Of a stretch of DNA of 64,000 nucleotides, positions 54,112 through 62,728 are shown piece by piece. The notes beneath the pieces were generated by a model. That model saw only the letters and a program-made list of their open reading frames with translations. It had not been told where the DNA came from and made no database searches. This DNA is from Solirubrobacterales bacterium. Its GTDB lineage: Bacteria; Actinomycetota; Thermoleophilia; Solirubrobacterales; Solirubrobacteraceae. The stretch is from positions 1,118-65,117 of the forward strand of contig JAFASQ010000019.1 of NCBI GenBank assembly GCA_019244395.1, given 5' to 3'. Positions within the stretch are counted from its first letter, which is position 1; the number at the start of each line of letters is the position of its first letter. The translations under genes and the position numbers were made by a program.

Positions 54112-55497
54112 CTAGCCGATGGTGGTTGATGATCGGGCGGCGAGGACGTGCTCGAGGGCGGCTAGCACCTCCTGGTCAAGCCTGCGGTTCGCGTCCGGTC
54201 GCAGGATGCTCAGCACCTCGTCGGGGTCGAGCGCGCGCCGATACGGGCGGTCCGCGCTGAGCGCCTCGGCCACGTCGGCGACGGCAAGGATCCGCGACGG
54301 CTGGTCGAGGTGCTCGCCGGTGAGTCCGCGGTAGTAGCCGCTGCCGTCCAAGCGTTCATGATGCGCGGCGGCGATCCGGGCCATGTCTGCGAATGCGCCC
54401 ACCCGCGCGAGGATCTCCAGCGACCATTGTGGATGGCGCCGAACCGCCTCCCACTCCCCCGGATCGAGCGGACCTGGCTTGTCCAGGATCCGGCTGGACA
54501 CGCCCAGCTTGCCGATGTCGTGCAGCAGCGCAGCGCGGTGCAGGGTCGCGCGGACACGGTCGTCGATTCCCGCCAACGCGGCCAGGGCGTCGGCGAGCGC
54601 GGCCACTCTCTCGGAGTGCTGCGCGGTGTACGGCGATTTGGCGTCGACGATCGAGGCAAACGCGTGCGCCACTCGATCCAGCCGGTCGCTGTCGGCGACA
54701 AGAACACGGGCAGGCGGCTCTAGTGGAGTCACCTCGGGGAAATCCAGGGACTGCCAGAAGTCCGAATCCTCCTCGAGGGCGACCAATGCGTCGACCAGGG
54801 TGGGGTCGAACCAGGTCCGTCGTCGTCGGCGCGCGATCTCGCAAGCGGCATCCGGCCCGCCGTGCTGCCAGAACACCTCCGCGGTCTGGGCCAGGCACAG
54901 CACTCGGCCCGCCAGCGAGATGTCGTCTCCTGAGATTCCGGTGGGGTAACCCCCGCCGTCCCAGTGCTCATCGACGTCCAGGATCGCGCGAGCCGTGACC
55001 TCGTCCAGACCGATGGCGCGCGCCACTGCGGCGCCCCGCTCGCAGCGCAGTTCGATCAATGAGCGGGCGCCGGACCGCCCAGACCTGAGCACGGCACCCA
55101 CGTGGTGTCCTCTCGCCAGCAACGACCCGCCGGTTCCGGCGGTACGGAGCACGTGCAGCAGGGCCTGCGACGTGCTGCTGGTATCAGTCAACCGCCGCGA
55201 GCTCTTGACCATCGCATCGTCCGCGCCGAACAGCGCCGCGACCCGGGCCGCGTTCGAGGAGCAGCCCGCGTCTTTGAGCAGCAGGGCATAGAACAGCGAT
55301 GAGCGCGAGGCGTCGTCCAGACCGAGAGCGCCCGCGAGGCGCATGCCGATCAGGCAGCTGCGCTCAGCATGGCCCCGCGGCTGACCCTCGGTCATGTCGA
55401 GGGCATACGAAAGCCCTGAGAGCACCTCCGAGAGAGGAAGCTCGGCAACTGCGTCGATCGGTTGATCGGTGGCCTGGCGTGGCACCCGCATTAGCAT
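54112..55497 (-). CDS. Tandem HD-GYP domain protein (cyclic dinucleotide phosphodiesterase-like)
   Basis: Degenerate first domain (LLKDAG, EHWDGGGYP), intact second domain (HSERVA, LLHDIGKLGV...LDKPGPL, HHERLDGSGY, AVADVAEAL...RPYR). Confidence 0.9.
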   Translation of the reverse strand: MLMRVPRQATDQPIDAVAELPLSEVLSGLSYALDMTEGQPRGHAERSCLIGMRLAGALGLDDASRSSLFYALLLKDAGCSSNAARVAALFGADDAMVKSSRRLTDTSSTSQALLHVLRTAGTGGSLLARGHHVGAVLRSGRSGARSLIELRCERGAAVARAIGLDEVTARAILDVDEHWDGGGYPTGISGDDISLAGRVLCLAQTAEVFWQHGGPDAACEIARRRRRTWFDPTLVDALVALEEDSDFWQSLDFPEVTPLEPPARVLVADSDRLDRVAHAFASIVDAKSPYTAQHSERVAALADALAALAGIDDRVRATLHRAALLHDIGKLGVSSRILDKPGPLDPGEWEAVRRHPQWSLEILARVGAFADMARIAAAHHERLDGSGYYRGLTGEHLDQPSRILAVADVAEALSADRPYRRALDPDEVLSILRPDANRRLDQEVLAALEHVLAARSSTTIG

Positions 55498-55660
55498 CGC
55501 GCATCGGCCGGTTCACCTCCACCCGCGCGATCCGGGCAAACCACGATAGAACCTTTTCAATCCTGATCAAGAGATGGTGCGGAAAGTCACAACATGTCCG
55601 GGCTGACTAACAGATCGTCTGCGTGGCCCTGCCGCCATCCTGGTGAGCGGGACGCCTTCC

Positions 55661-57295
55661 TTACCGACGGCTAGGCGGCGGCGGGCGCCGTGGCAGCAAC
55701 GCGCGGAAGTCGCGGGCGCGCAGGCAGCCCAGCCAGATCCCGACGCCGCGGCTCGACTCGTCGGCGAGCCGAAGCGCCGCGTAGGCGCCGGGATCGAGCG
55801 CCGGGCGATCCGCCAGCCAGTCGGCGAGCACCATGGCTGACACAAGCGCGCCGATCCTGCTGGCGAGCTTGCGGCGGCGCCGGTGACCGGTCAGGGTCAG
55901 CGCCGCTATAGCGAACGGCGCCCATGGTCCGGCCAGCGCTCGCGCCAGTTCGCGCCCCTCGCGCAGCGTAACGTCCGCGCTGAGCTTGGCCGCCCACGGG
56001 CCGGCGGCGGGCAACCGGCGACCGATTGTGCGCCGGAGGCGGGACGCGCGGGCGGCGGCGAGGATGACCACGGCCGGTGGCATGCCAGCGAGTGCCGCGG
56101 CCCACGCGAGCGCCGCCGCCGGGGAGAGGAACAGCACCGGGACCCGCTCGGGATGGCGGCGGAGGAGTGGGGCGACCGACTCGTTGTAGGCCACCCGCCG
56201 GCGGTACCAAGCCAGCGGTTGTACGCGATCCTCGTGCGCGACCGTCACCTGCGGGTCGTAGCGAAGCTGCCATCCCGCGTCGTGCAGGCGCCACACCAGG
56301 TCGACGTCTTCGCCGAGCGACAGGTCCTCGTCAAAGCCGGCGCCAAGTGCCTCACGCCGAGCCACCATGGCCGCGCTCGGCACGTACCAGACCGGGCTGT
56401 AGGGTCGCACCAGCGACGGTCGCGGGCCCATGTCGAGCGCCGAACGGCAGCGCTCGTAGGCGGCGATCGGGCCGGACGCGGGCGCGGCGGTGACGATCCG
56501 CGGGGCCGCGAGCGCCACCGCCGGATCATCGAGGTGATCGAGCAGGCGGCCGGGGAAGTTCGCCGGCGGGACGCAGTCGGCATCGAGGAAGGCCACCAGT
56601 GGCGTCTCGGCCACCGAGAGCCCTGTGTTGCGGGCGGCAGAGGGACCACGGTTTTCGCGGTGGCGCACGTACCGCGCGCCGAACCGCTCCGCCACGGCAA
56701 CGATCGGCGCCGGATCGGGCGAGCCGTCGTCGACCACGACGAGCGGCCACTTGCCGGCGAGCGGGGCAAGGCACGCGCTCAGCCGCCGAGGATCCGCGTA
56801 GACGGGCACCACGATCGTCAGCGCGCCGGCGGCGTGCGGCCGCGCCGGCGGATCGGGATCGGCCAGGCCGGCGTTGAGCAGGCGGCGAGCGAGGAGTCGC
56901 TCCTCCTGATCCTCGCGCTCCTCCTGATCCTCGCGCTCGTCCCGCTCCTCGCGCTCGTCCCGATCCTCGCGCTCGTCCCGCTCCTCGCGCTCGTCCCGAT
57001 CCCCGCGCTCGTCCCGCTCCCCGCGCTCGTCCCCATTCCCGCGCTCGCCCCGATTCCCGCGCGCCTTCTGATCCTCCGCGTGCGCCCAACTCACTGGCTG
57101 GCCAGCCAGCCAGCCACGGACAAGGGAGGCGGCGCGGGCGGACAAGGTCAGGATCCGCAGGGGCGAGCCCCCCACCAGGATCTCGCCATCCCGGATCACC
57201 CGCGTGCCGGCGGCTGGCCGGAGGCGCCATCCCGCGGGGACGGGAATGGGCATCCTGGCGGCAGTCGCGCCCGCGTCGGCCGGGGCAATGATCAT
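55661..57295 (-). CDS. mftF: Mycofactocin glycosyltransferase
   Basis: GGSPLRILTLS, LARRLLNAGLADP, VVVDDGS, GPSAARNTG, AFLDADC, SALDMG, YVPSAA, GEDVDLVWRL; TGATG coupling to the upstream SDR. Confidence 0.9.
   Translation of the reverse strand: MIIAPADAGATAARMPIPVPAGWRLRPAAGTRVIRDGEILVGGSPLRILTLSARAASLVRGWLAGQPVSWAHAEDQKARGNRGERGNGDERGERDERGDRDEREERDEREDRDEREERDEREDQEEREDQEERLLARRLLNAGLADPDPPARPHAAGALTIVVPVYADPRRLSACLAPLAGKWPLVVVDDGSPDPAPIVAVAERFGARYVRHRENRGPSAARNTGLSVAETPLVAFLDADCVPPANFPGRLLDHLDDPAVALAAPRIVTAAPASGPIAAYERCRSALDMGPRPSLVRPYSPVWYVPSAAMVARREALGAGFDEDLSLGEDVDLVWRLHDAGWQLRYDPQVTVAHEDRVQPLAWYRRRVAYNESVAPLLRRHPERVPVLFLSPAAALAWAAALAGMPPAVVILAAARASRLRRTIGRRLPAAGPWAAKLSADVTLREGRELARALAGPWAPFAIAALTLTGHRRRRKLASRIGALVSAMVLADWLADRPALDPGAYAALRLADESSRGVGIWLGCLRARDFRALLPRRPPPPSRR
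56897..57062 (-). repeat. 18-bp in-frame tandem repeat (about nine units) encoding an Arg/Glu/Asp tract in MftF
   Basis: CCTCGCGCTCGTCCCGMT units; RGNRGE RGNGDE RGERDE RGDRDE REERDE REDRDE REERDE REDQEE REDQEE. Confidence 0.9.
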
Positions 57296-58080
57296 CAAGC
57301 GGTCAGTCCGCCGTCGACCGGCAGCACCGCGCCGGTCAGTGCCGAAGCCGCCGGACCGCACAGCCAGATCACCGCCTCGGCAATCTCGTGCGGCTCGATC
57401 AGCCGGCGTATCAGGTGCTGACTGGCGAACTCCTCCTCGCCGGTGAGATCGTAGACCTCGGCACTCGCCGCGAGCATGACCCCTCGCGTCGAACCCGGAC
57501 AGATCGCGTTGGCGGACACGCCCGTCCCGGCGAGGTCACCGGCCAGCGCGCGGACGTAGCCGACGGTGGCCGCCTTGGCCGCTGAGTAGGCGGCGAGCTG
57601 TGACATGGCCCGCAGCGCCGCCGCCGACGCAATCGCCACGAACCGTCCGCCACCCGCTTGCATCATCCCGGGGATCGTGGCCTCGGCGAGTCGCCGGGTG
57701 CCGTGCAGGTTGACGTTCATCAGGCTTGCCCAGGCGTCCTCGCTCGTCTCCCACCCGGCTCCTCCCGCGATCACGCCAGCGGCGGCCACCGCGGCGGCCG
57801 CGGTCCTTCGCTCCAGGGCGCGCGTGAGCGAGGCGACGAAGTCCGCGCTGCCGACGTCGGCCTGGAGCACCTCGACGCTCGCGGCGCCGGCCTCGGCACA
57901 TCGGGACGCGAGGGCGTCCAGATCCGCCGGCGCCGGCATCTCGTACGCGATCCCGGGCTGCGCCGCACACGCGTCGACCAGGAGCAATGACCAGCCTCGC
58001 GCGGCCAGTCCTGTAGAGACGGCGGCCCCGATGCCGCGCGCGGCACCGGTGACCACGGCCAGATCGGACTCGTCAGGCAT
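57295..58080 (-). CDS. Mycofactocin-associated SDR oxidoreductase
   Basis: VVTGAARGIG, insertion VDACAAQPGIAYEMPAPADL typical of mycofactocin-linked SDRs, YSAAK, NAICPGST, LPVDGG; lies inside the mft operon. Confidence 0.85.
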   Translation of the reverse strand: MPDESDLAVVTGAARGIGAAVSTGLAARGWSLLLVDACAAQPGIAYEMPAPADLDALASRCAEAGAASVEVLQADVGSADFVASLTRALERRTAAAAVAAAGVIAGGAGWETSEDAWASLMNVNLHGTRRLAEATIPGMMQAGGGRFVAIASAAALRAMSQLAAYSAAKAATVGYVRALAGDLAGTGVSANAICPGSTRGVMLAASAEVYDLTGEEEFASQHLIRRLIEPHEIAEAVIWLCGPAASALTGAVLPVDGGLTA

Positions 58081-58771
58081 GCGCCGGCGCCGGGACCGGG
58101 AGCAGCGCGTCGAGCGAGGCCACGCACCCGGCGATCAGCTCTTCGAGGAGCCGGCGTCCCTCGCCCGCGGTGGCACCTCGCGGATCGCCCAGCACGCCAT
58201 TGGCGCTGACGGATCGCACGCCTTCGCTGCGCAACCGACCCATGAGCTCGCTCACCGGGCGGCGCTCACCCGCCTCGGCAAGGTCGAGCCGCACGGCCTG
58301 CGGGGCGAGGTGCAGCAGCAGCGCCGTCTCGGTCAGGCCAGCGTGCGCGTCACCTGAGCCCGGCGAGGCGTGGAACGCCGCACACCGCTGTCCCTCGCCA
58401 AGCAGGCGATCCACAGCTGCAGACACCGCGTCCCGGTTTCCGCCGTGCCCGTTAACCAGGAGCATCGCCTCCCAGTCCCGGGTCGCGTCGCGACCGAGCT
58501 CAACCAGAACCGAGCAAAGGGCGCCGGTACCGATCGACAGCGTGCCCGCAAAACCGGCGTGCTCGCCACTGGAGCCGAAAGCGACCGGCGGCGCCACGGC
58601 CACCCCCTGGCGCAACGCCGCGGCGCCACGGGCTACCGCGACCGCGATGCGGGTGTCGGTATCGAGCGGGAGGTGACGCCCGTGCTGCTCGAGCGACCCG
58701 ACCGGCACGAGTACGGCTCGGCGCCGTGCGCGCTCCATCTGAACCCAGCTGGAGTCAGAGAGATTTGTCAC
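58073..58771 (-). CDS. mftE: Mycofactocin peptidase (creatininase family)
   Basis: VLVPVGSLEQHGRHLPLDTD, GSSGEH.GF.GT, VNGHGGN, DAHAG.TET, NGVLGDP. Confidence 0.92.
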   Translation of the reverse strand: MTNLSDSSWVQMERARRRAVLVPVGSLEQHGRHLPLDTDTRIAVAVARGAAALRQGVAVAPPVAFGSSGEHAGFAGTLSIGTGALCSVLVELGRDATRDWEAMLLVNGHGGNRDAVSAAVDRLLGEGQRCAAFHASPGSGDAHAGLTETALLLHLAPQAVRLDLAEAGERRPVSELMGRLRSEGVRSVSANGVLGDPRGATAGEGRRLLEELIAGCVASLDALLPVPAPAHA

Positions 58772-58784
58772 AGAGTGCTAAATT
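58764..58784. promoter_or_regulatory. Candidate MftR operator overlapping the mftA extended -10 and the mftE start codon
   Basis: Imperfect palindrome TTTGTCAC-AGA-GTGCTAAA (58764-58782); TGcTAAATT at 58776-58784; mftE GTG at 58771-58769. Confidence 0.65.
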
Positions 58785-58821
58785 ATCGCGCCCGACCGGC
58801 CGGCGAGAGAGGAGACGCCAC

Positions 58822-58971
58822 GTGAGCATCACGCCTGAGCAGCTCGAGAAGACCGACGAAGACCGCGAGCGGGAGGAGAAGACCACCGCGCCGCCCGAGG
58901 CCGAGGAGCTCGTCGTCGAGGACCTGCTGGTCGAGGACGTCTCGATCGATGGCATGTGCGGCGTCTACTGA
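58822..58971 (+). CDS. mftA: Mycofactocin precursor peptide (49 aa)
   Basis: Ends in the invariant IDGMCGVY; GAGGAG RBS before GTG 58822. Confidence 0.97.
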   Translation: MSITPEQLEKTDEDREREEKTTAPPEAEELVVEDLLVEDVSIDGMCGVY

Positions 58972-59239
58972 TCTGCTCGATCGCGGCTGGCGAGTCGCGC
59001 CGCAGGTCGCGCTGCGCCCCGAGCCGTTTGGCGCGCTGGTCTATCACTTCGGCACTCGCCGGTTGACCTTCCTGAGGAGCCGGCTGCTGCTCGATGTGGT
59101 GCGCGGACTCGACGAGCACGCGACCGCGCGTGAGGCTTGCGATGCCGCGGGGGTGCAGGCGAGTGAGCGCCCGCGCTATTCGCGGGCCCTCACGACGTTG
59201 GCCGGCGCGGGCATGATCGTTCCGCAGGACGCGTCGTGA
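58949..59239 (+). CDS. mftB: Mycofactocin RRE chaperone
   Basis: WRVAPQVALRPEPFGALVYHFGTRRLTFL; between mftA and mftC; exact start uncertain. Confidence 0.93.
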   Translation: MACAASTDLLDRGWRVAPQVALRPEPFGALVYHFGTRRLTFLRSRLLLDVVRGLDEHATAREACDAAGVQASERPRYSRALTTLAGAGMIVPQDAS

Positions 59240-60387
59240 GCGCGACGCTGGTCGAGCAGCTCGAGACTGGACTAGACGCGCCGATCTGCCTGACCTGGGA
59301 GCTGACCTATGCCTGCAACCTGGCCTGCGTGCACTGCCTGTCGAGCTCGGGTCGGCGCGATCCGCGCGAGCTGACCACGGAGGAGTGCCAGGGCGTCATC
59401 GACGAGCTCGAGCGTATGCAGGTGTTCTATGTGAACATCGGCGGCGGCGAACCGACGGTCCGGCGCGACTTCTGGGAGCTGGTGGAGTACGCGGTGGCGC
59501 ACCGGGTCGGCGTGAAGTTCTCGACCAATGGCTCGCGGATCAGCGCGGAGCGGGCGCAGTGGCTGGCCGGCTGCGACTACGTGGATGTGCAGGTCTCGCT
59601 CGACGGCGCCACGTCCGAGGTCAATGACGCGGTTCGCGGACCCGGCTCGTACTCGACGGCGATCACCGCGATGGAGAACCTGGCCGGCGCGGGATTTGCC
59701 GGCTTCAAGCTGTCGGTCGTGGTCACGCGCGAGAACGTCTCGCAGCTGGACGAGTTCAAGCGGCTGGCAGATGGCTTCGGAGCGCAGCTCCGGCTCACGC
59801 GCTTGCGACCGTCCGGACGCGGGGCCGATGTCTGGGGGGAGCTCCATCCCACCGCGGCGCAGCAGCGCGAGCTCTACGAATGGCTGCTCGCCCACGGCGA
59901 GAACGTCCTGACCGGCGACTCCTTCTTCCACCTCGGCGGCTACGGCGCGGCGTTGCCGGGCCTGAACCTGTGCGGGGCGGGACGCGTGGTGTGCCTGATC
60001 GATCCGATCGGCGATGTGTACGCGTGCCCGTTCGTGATCCACGACGAGTTCCGCGCCGGCAACGTGCGCGAGCCGGGCGGATTCGCGCGGGTATGGCGGG
60101 AATCGGCGCTGTTTGGCGATCTGCGCCGGCCCCAGCACGCCGGCGCGTGCGCGAGCTGCGGCCTGTTTGACAAGTGCCGCGGCGGCTGTATGGCGGCCAA
60201 GTTCTTCACCGGCCTGCCTCTGGACGGACCCGATCCGGAGTGCGTCCTCGGTCACGGCGAGCGGCTCCTAGCGGCGCGCGGCGACGATCCGATCCCACGC
60301 CCGTCGGTGGACATGTCGAAGCGGAGGCCCCGCCGCCGGCCGGCGCGGGCCTGCGACGAGAACCCGCTCACGGTGATCCCGGCGTGA
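59236..60387 (+). CDS. mftC: Mycofactocin radical SAM/SPASM maturase
   Basis: LDAPICLTWELTYACNLACVHCLSSSG, VNIGGGEP, CGAGRVVCLIDPIGDVYACP, CRGGCMAAKFFTGLPLDGPDPEC. Confidence 0.97.
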   Translation: MSATLVEQLETGLDAPICLTWELTYACNLACVHCLSSSGRRDPRELTTEECQGVIDELERMQVFYVNIGGGEPTVRRDFWELVEYAVAHRVGVKFSTNGSRISAERAQWLAGCDYVDVQVSLDGATSEVNDAVRGPGSYSTAITAMENLAGAGFAGFKLSVVVTRENVSQLDEFKRLADGFGAQLRLTRLRPSGRGADVWGELHPTAAQQRELYEWLLAHGENVLTGDSFFHLGGYGAALPGLNLCGAGRVVCLIDPIGDVYACPFVIHDEFRAGNVREPGGFARVWRESALFGDLRRPQHAGACASCGLFDKCRGGCMAAKFFTGLPLDGPDPECVLGHGERLLAARGDDPIPRPSVDMSKRRPRRRPARACDENPLTVIPA

Positions 60388-61592
60388 TGAGGCGGAGCCT
60401 CTGGTTCGAGTCGGTCGCGGTCGCCCAGCGCCGGGCCAAGCGGCGGCTGCCGAGGTCGGTCTACGCAGCGCTGATCGCGGGCTCCGAGGCGGGGCTCACG
60501 CTCGCCGACAACGTCGCCGCGTTCGGAGAACTCGGGTTCGCGCCGCATGTCGGCGGAGCCCCCGCCCAGCGGGACATGTCCACCACGGTGATGGGGGAGC
60601 AGATCTCGCTCCCGGTCCTGATCTCGCCGACCGGCGTGCAGTCGGTGCACCCGGATGGCGAGGTCGCGGTGGCGCGCGCCGCGGCCGCCCGCGGCACCGC
60701 GATGGGGCTCAGCTCGTTTGCCAGCAAGCCCCTCGAGGACGTGGTCGCGGCGAACCCGCAGACGTTCTTCCAGCTCTACTGGGCGGGCTCGCGCGAGGCA
60801 ATCGTCCAGCGGATCGATCGTGCCCGGGCGGCCGGTGCCCGGGGGCTGATCGTGACCCTGGACTGGACGTTTTCCCACAGCCGCGACTGGGGCAGCCCGT
60901 GGATCCCGGACAAGCTGGATCTGGGAGCGATGGCCCGGCTCGCACCACAGGCGCTTGCCAGGCCAGCCTGGCTGATCGAATGGGCACGTTCCGGCGGTCC
61001 GCCCGACCTGACGGTGCCCAACGTCACGGCGCGCGGCGCCCCGGCGCCGACCTTCTTCGGTGCCTACGGCGAGTGGATGATGACCCCGCCGCCGAGCTGG
61101 GATGACCTGCGCTGGCTGCGTGAGCAGTGGGATGGGCCGTTCATGCTCAAGGGCGTGGTGCGCGTGGACGATGCCCGGCGCGCCGTCGACGCCGGCTTCA
61201 GCGCGATCTCGGTCTCCAACCATGGCGGCAACAACCTCGATGGCACCCCTGCCCCGATCCGCGCGCTCCCCGCGGTCGCCGAGGCGGTCGGCGATCAGAT
61301 CGAGGTGCTGCTCGACGGCGGCATCCGGCGCGGCAGCGACGTGGTCAAGGCGCTCGCGCTGGGCGCGCGCGCGGTGATGATCGGACGCGCGTACCTGTGG
61401 GGTCTCGCCGCGGCGGGTCAGGCCGGGGTCGAGAACGTGCTCGACATCATGCGCGCCGGCGTCGACTCAGCGCTGCTCGGTCTCGGCCGCGCGTCGACCG
61501 CGGAGCTGACGCGAGACGATCTCCTCGTCCCGGCCGGCTTCGAACGCAGGCTGGGCGCCGCGGACGAGGCCGCGGTCAGCCTTCGTGGATGA
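60387..61592 (+). CDS. mftD: Pre-mycofactocin synthase (FMN alpha-hydroxy-acid oxidase fold)
   Basis: WFESVAVAQRRAKRRLP.SVY, ISPTGVQ, LDWTFSHSRDWGSP, VSNHGGNNLDG, LLDGGIRRGSDV. Confidence 0.95.
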   Translation: MRRSLWFESVAVAQRRAKRRLPRSVYAALIAGSEAGLTLADNVAAFGELGFAPHVGGAPAQRDMSTTVMGEQISLPVLISPTGVQSVHPDGEVAVARAAAARGTAMGLSSFASKPLEDVVAANPQTFFQLYWAGSREAIVQRIDRARAAGARGLIVTLDWTFSHSRDWGSPWIPDKLDLGAMARLAPQALARPAWLIEWARSGGPPDLTVPNVTARGAPAPTFFGAYGEWMMTPPPSWDDLRWLREQWDGPFMLKGVVRVDDARRAVDAGFSAISVSNHGGNNLDGTPAPIRALPAVAEAVGDQIEVLLDGGIRRGSDVVKALALGARAVMIGRAYLWGLAAAGQAGVENVLDIMRAGVDSALLGLGRASTAELTRDDLLVPAGFERRLGAADEAAVSLRG

Positions 61593-62700
61593 CCACGCCA
61601 CGGATGTTCTTGCCGGCCAGCAGGTCGTGGTAGCCCTGGTTGACCTGCTCGAGCGAGTAGCGCTGGGTGATGATCTCGTCGAGCTTCAGATGACCTGACC
61701 TGTAGAGGCCGAGCAGGTTGGGCATCTCGAAGATCGGGTTTGACCCGCCGGCCAGGGAGCCCTGGATCCGCTTGTGCCAGCCGACCATCGGCGAGCCGGT
61801 CAGGCTGATCGACTTCACGTCGGCCCGGCTGACTGAGGTCAGGACGACTCGGCCGGCCTTGCCGATCAGGCTTACCGCGTCGACCGTGATCTCAGGCTCG
61901 AGTACGCCGACCGTGACCACGGTCAGGTCCGCCATCTGCCCTCGCGTCATGTCGATAAGTTGCTCGCGCGCCTCGTCGACGTTGGTGAAGCCGTGCGTCG
62001 CGCCCAGGCGTTTGGCCATGTCGAGCTTGAACGGGTTGGGATCGATCGCGATCAGCCGCGCGGCTCCCGCGTAGCGTGCGCCCTGCACGGCGTTGATGCC
62101 CACGCCGCCCACGCCCATGACCACGACGGTCTCGCCGGCGCGCGTCTCGCCGGCGCGCACGGCCGAGCACCAGCCCGTGGTCACGCCACAGCCGACCAGG
62201 CAGGCGACCTCGAAGGGAATGTCCTTCTCGATGCGCACACACGAGTACTCCGAGACGACCGTGTGGTCCGAGAAGGTGCCGAGCGCACAAAACCCGCCGT
62301 AGTCCTCGCCCTGCTTGTGAAACCGAAAGGTCTCGTCCTGCAGGCAGCCAACGCCGGCGTAAAGGCCGCGATCGCATAGGTTCTGGTGGCCGGTCGAGCA
62401 GTAGCGGCACTTCCCGCAGGCGGGGATGTAGGAGGTGACGACGTGATCGCCCGGCTCCACGCGCGTGACTCCCGGGCCGACCGCCTCCACGATGCCGGCG
62501 CCCTCGTGACCACCGACCAGGGGGAAGCGGATATGGCTGCCGCCCTCGGCGCGGATGTGCTCATCCGAATGACACAGGCCAGCCGCCTTGTAGCGGATCA
62601 GCACCTCATACTCTTTGGGCGGGTCGAGGTCGAGCTCAGTGATCTCCCAGTCGGTGCCGGGCTGATGCAGCACGGCCGCGCGCGTCGTCATGTTCGCCAT
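61576..62700 (-). CDS. Zn-dependent alcohol dehydrogenase, NDMA-dependent/mycofactocin-associated type
   Basis: GLCHSDEH, GGHEGAG, CGKCRYC.TG.QNLC, CLVGCGVTTG, G.GGVG, GKNIRGV. Confidence 0.88.
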   Translation of the reverse strand: MANMTTRAAVLHQPGTDWEITELDLDPPKEYEVLIRYKAAGLCHSDEHIRAEGGSHIRFPLVGGHEGAGIVEAVGPGVTRVEPGDHVVTSYIPACGKCRYCSTGHQNLCDRGLYAGVGCLQDETFRFHKQGEDYGGFCALGTFSDHTVVSEYSCVRIEKDIPFEVACLVGCGVTTGWCSAVRAGETRAGETVVVMGVGGVGINAVQGARYAGAARLIAIDPNPFKLDMAKRLGATHGFTNVDEAREQLIDMTRGQMADLTVVTVGVLEPEITVDAVSLIGKAGRVVLTSVSRADVKSISLTGSPMVGWHKRIQGSLAGGSNPIFEMPNLLGLYRSGHLKLDEIITQRYSLEQVNQGYHDLLAGKNIRGVVIHEG

Positions 62701-62728
62701 TCGGGGTCTCTCCTCGGTTGATCGCGGG

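Noticed and set aside
55530-55610. c-di-GMP-I riboswitch suggested by GGGCAAACC near the HD-GYP gene
   Set aside because: The motif is on the plus strand, opposite to the gene's leader, and the second stem and GCAAAG element are not evident; an Rfam scan would settle it
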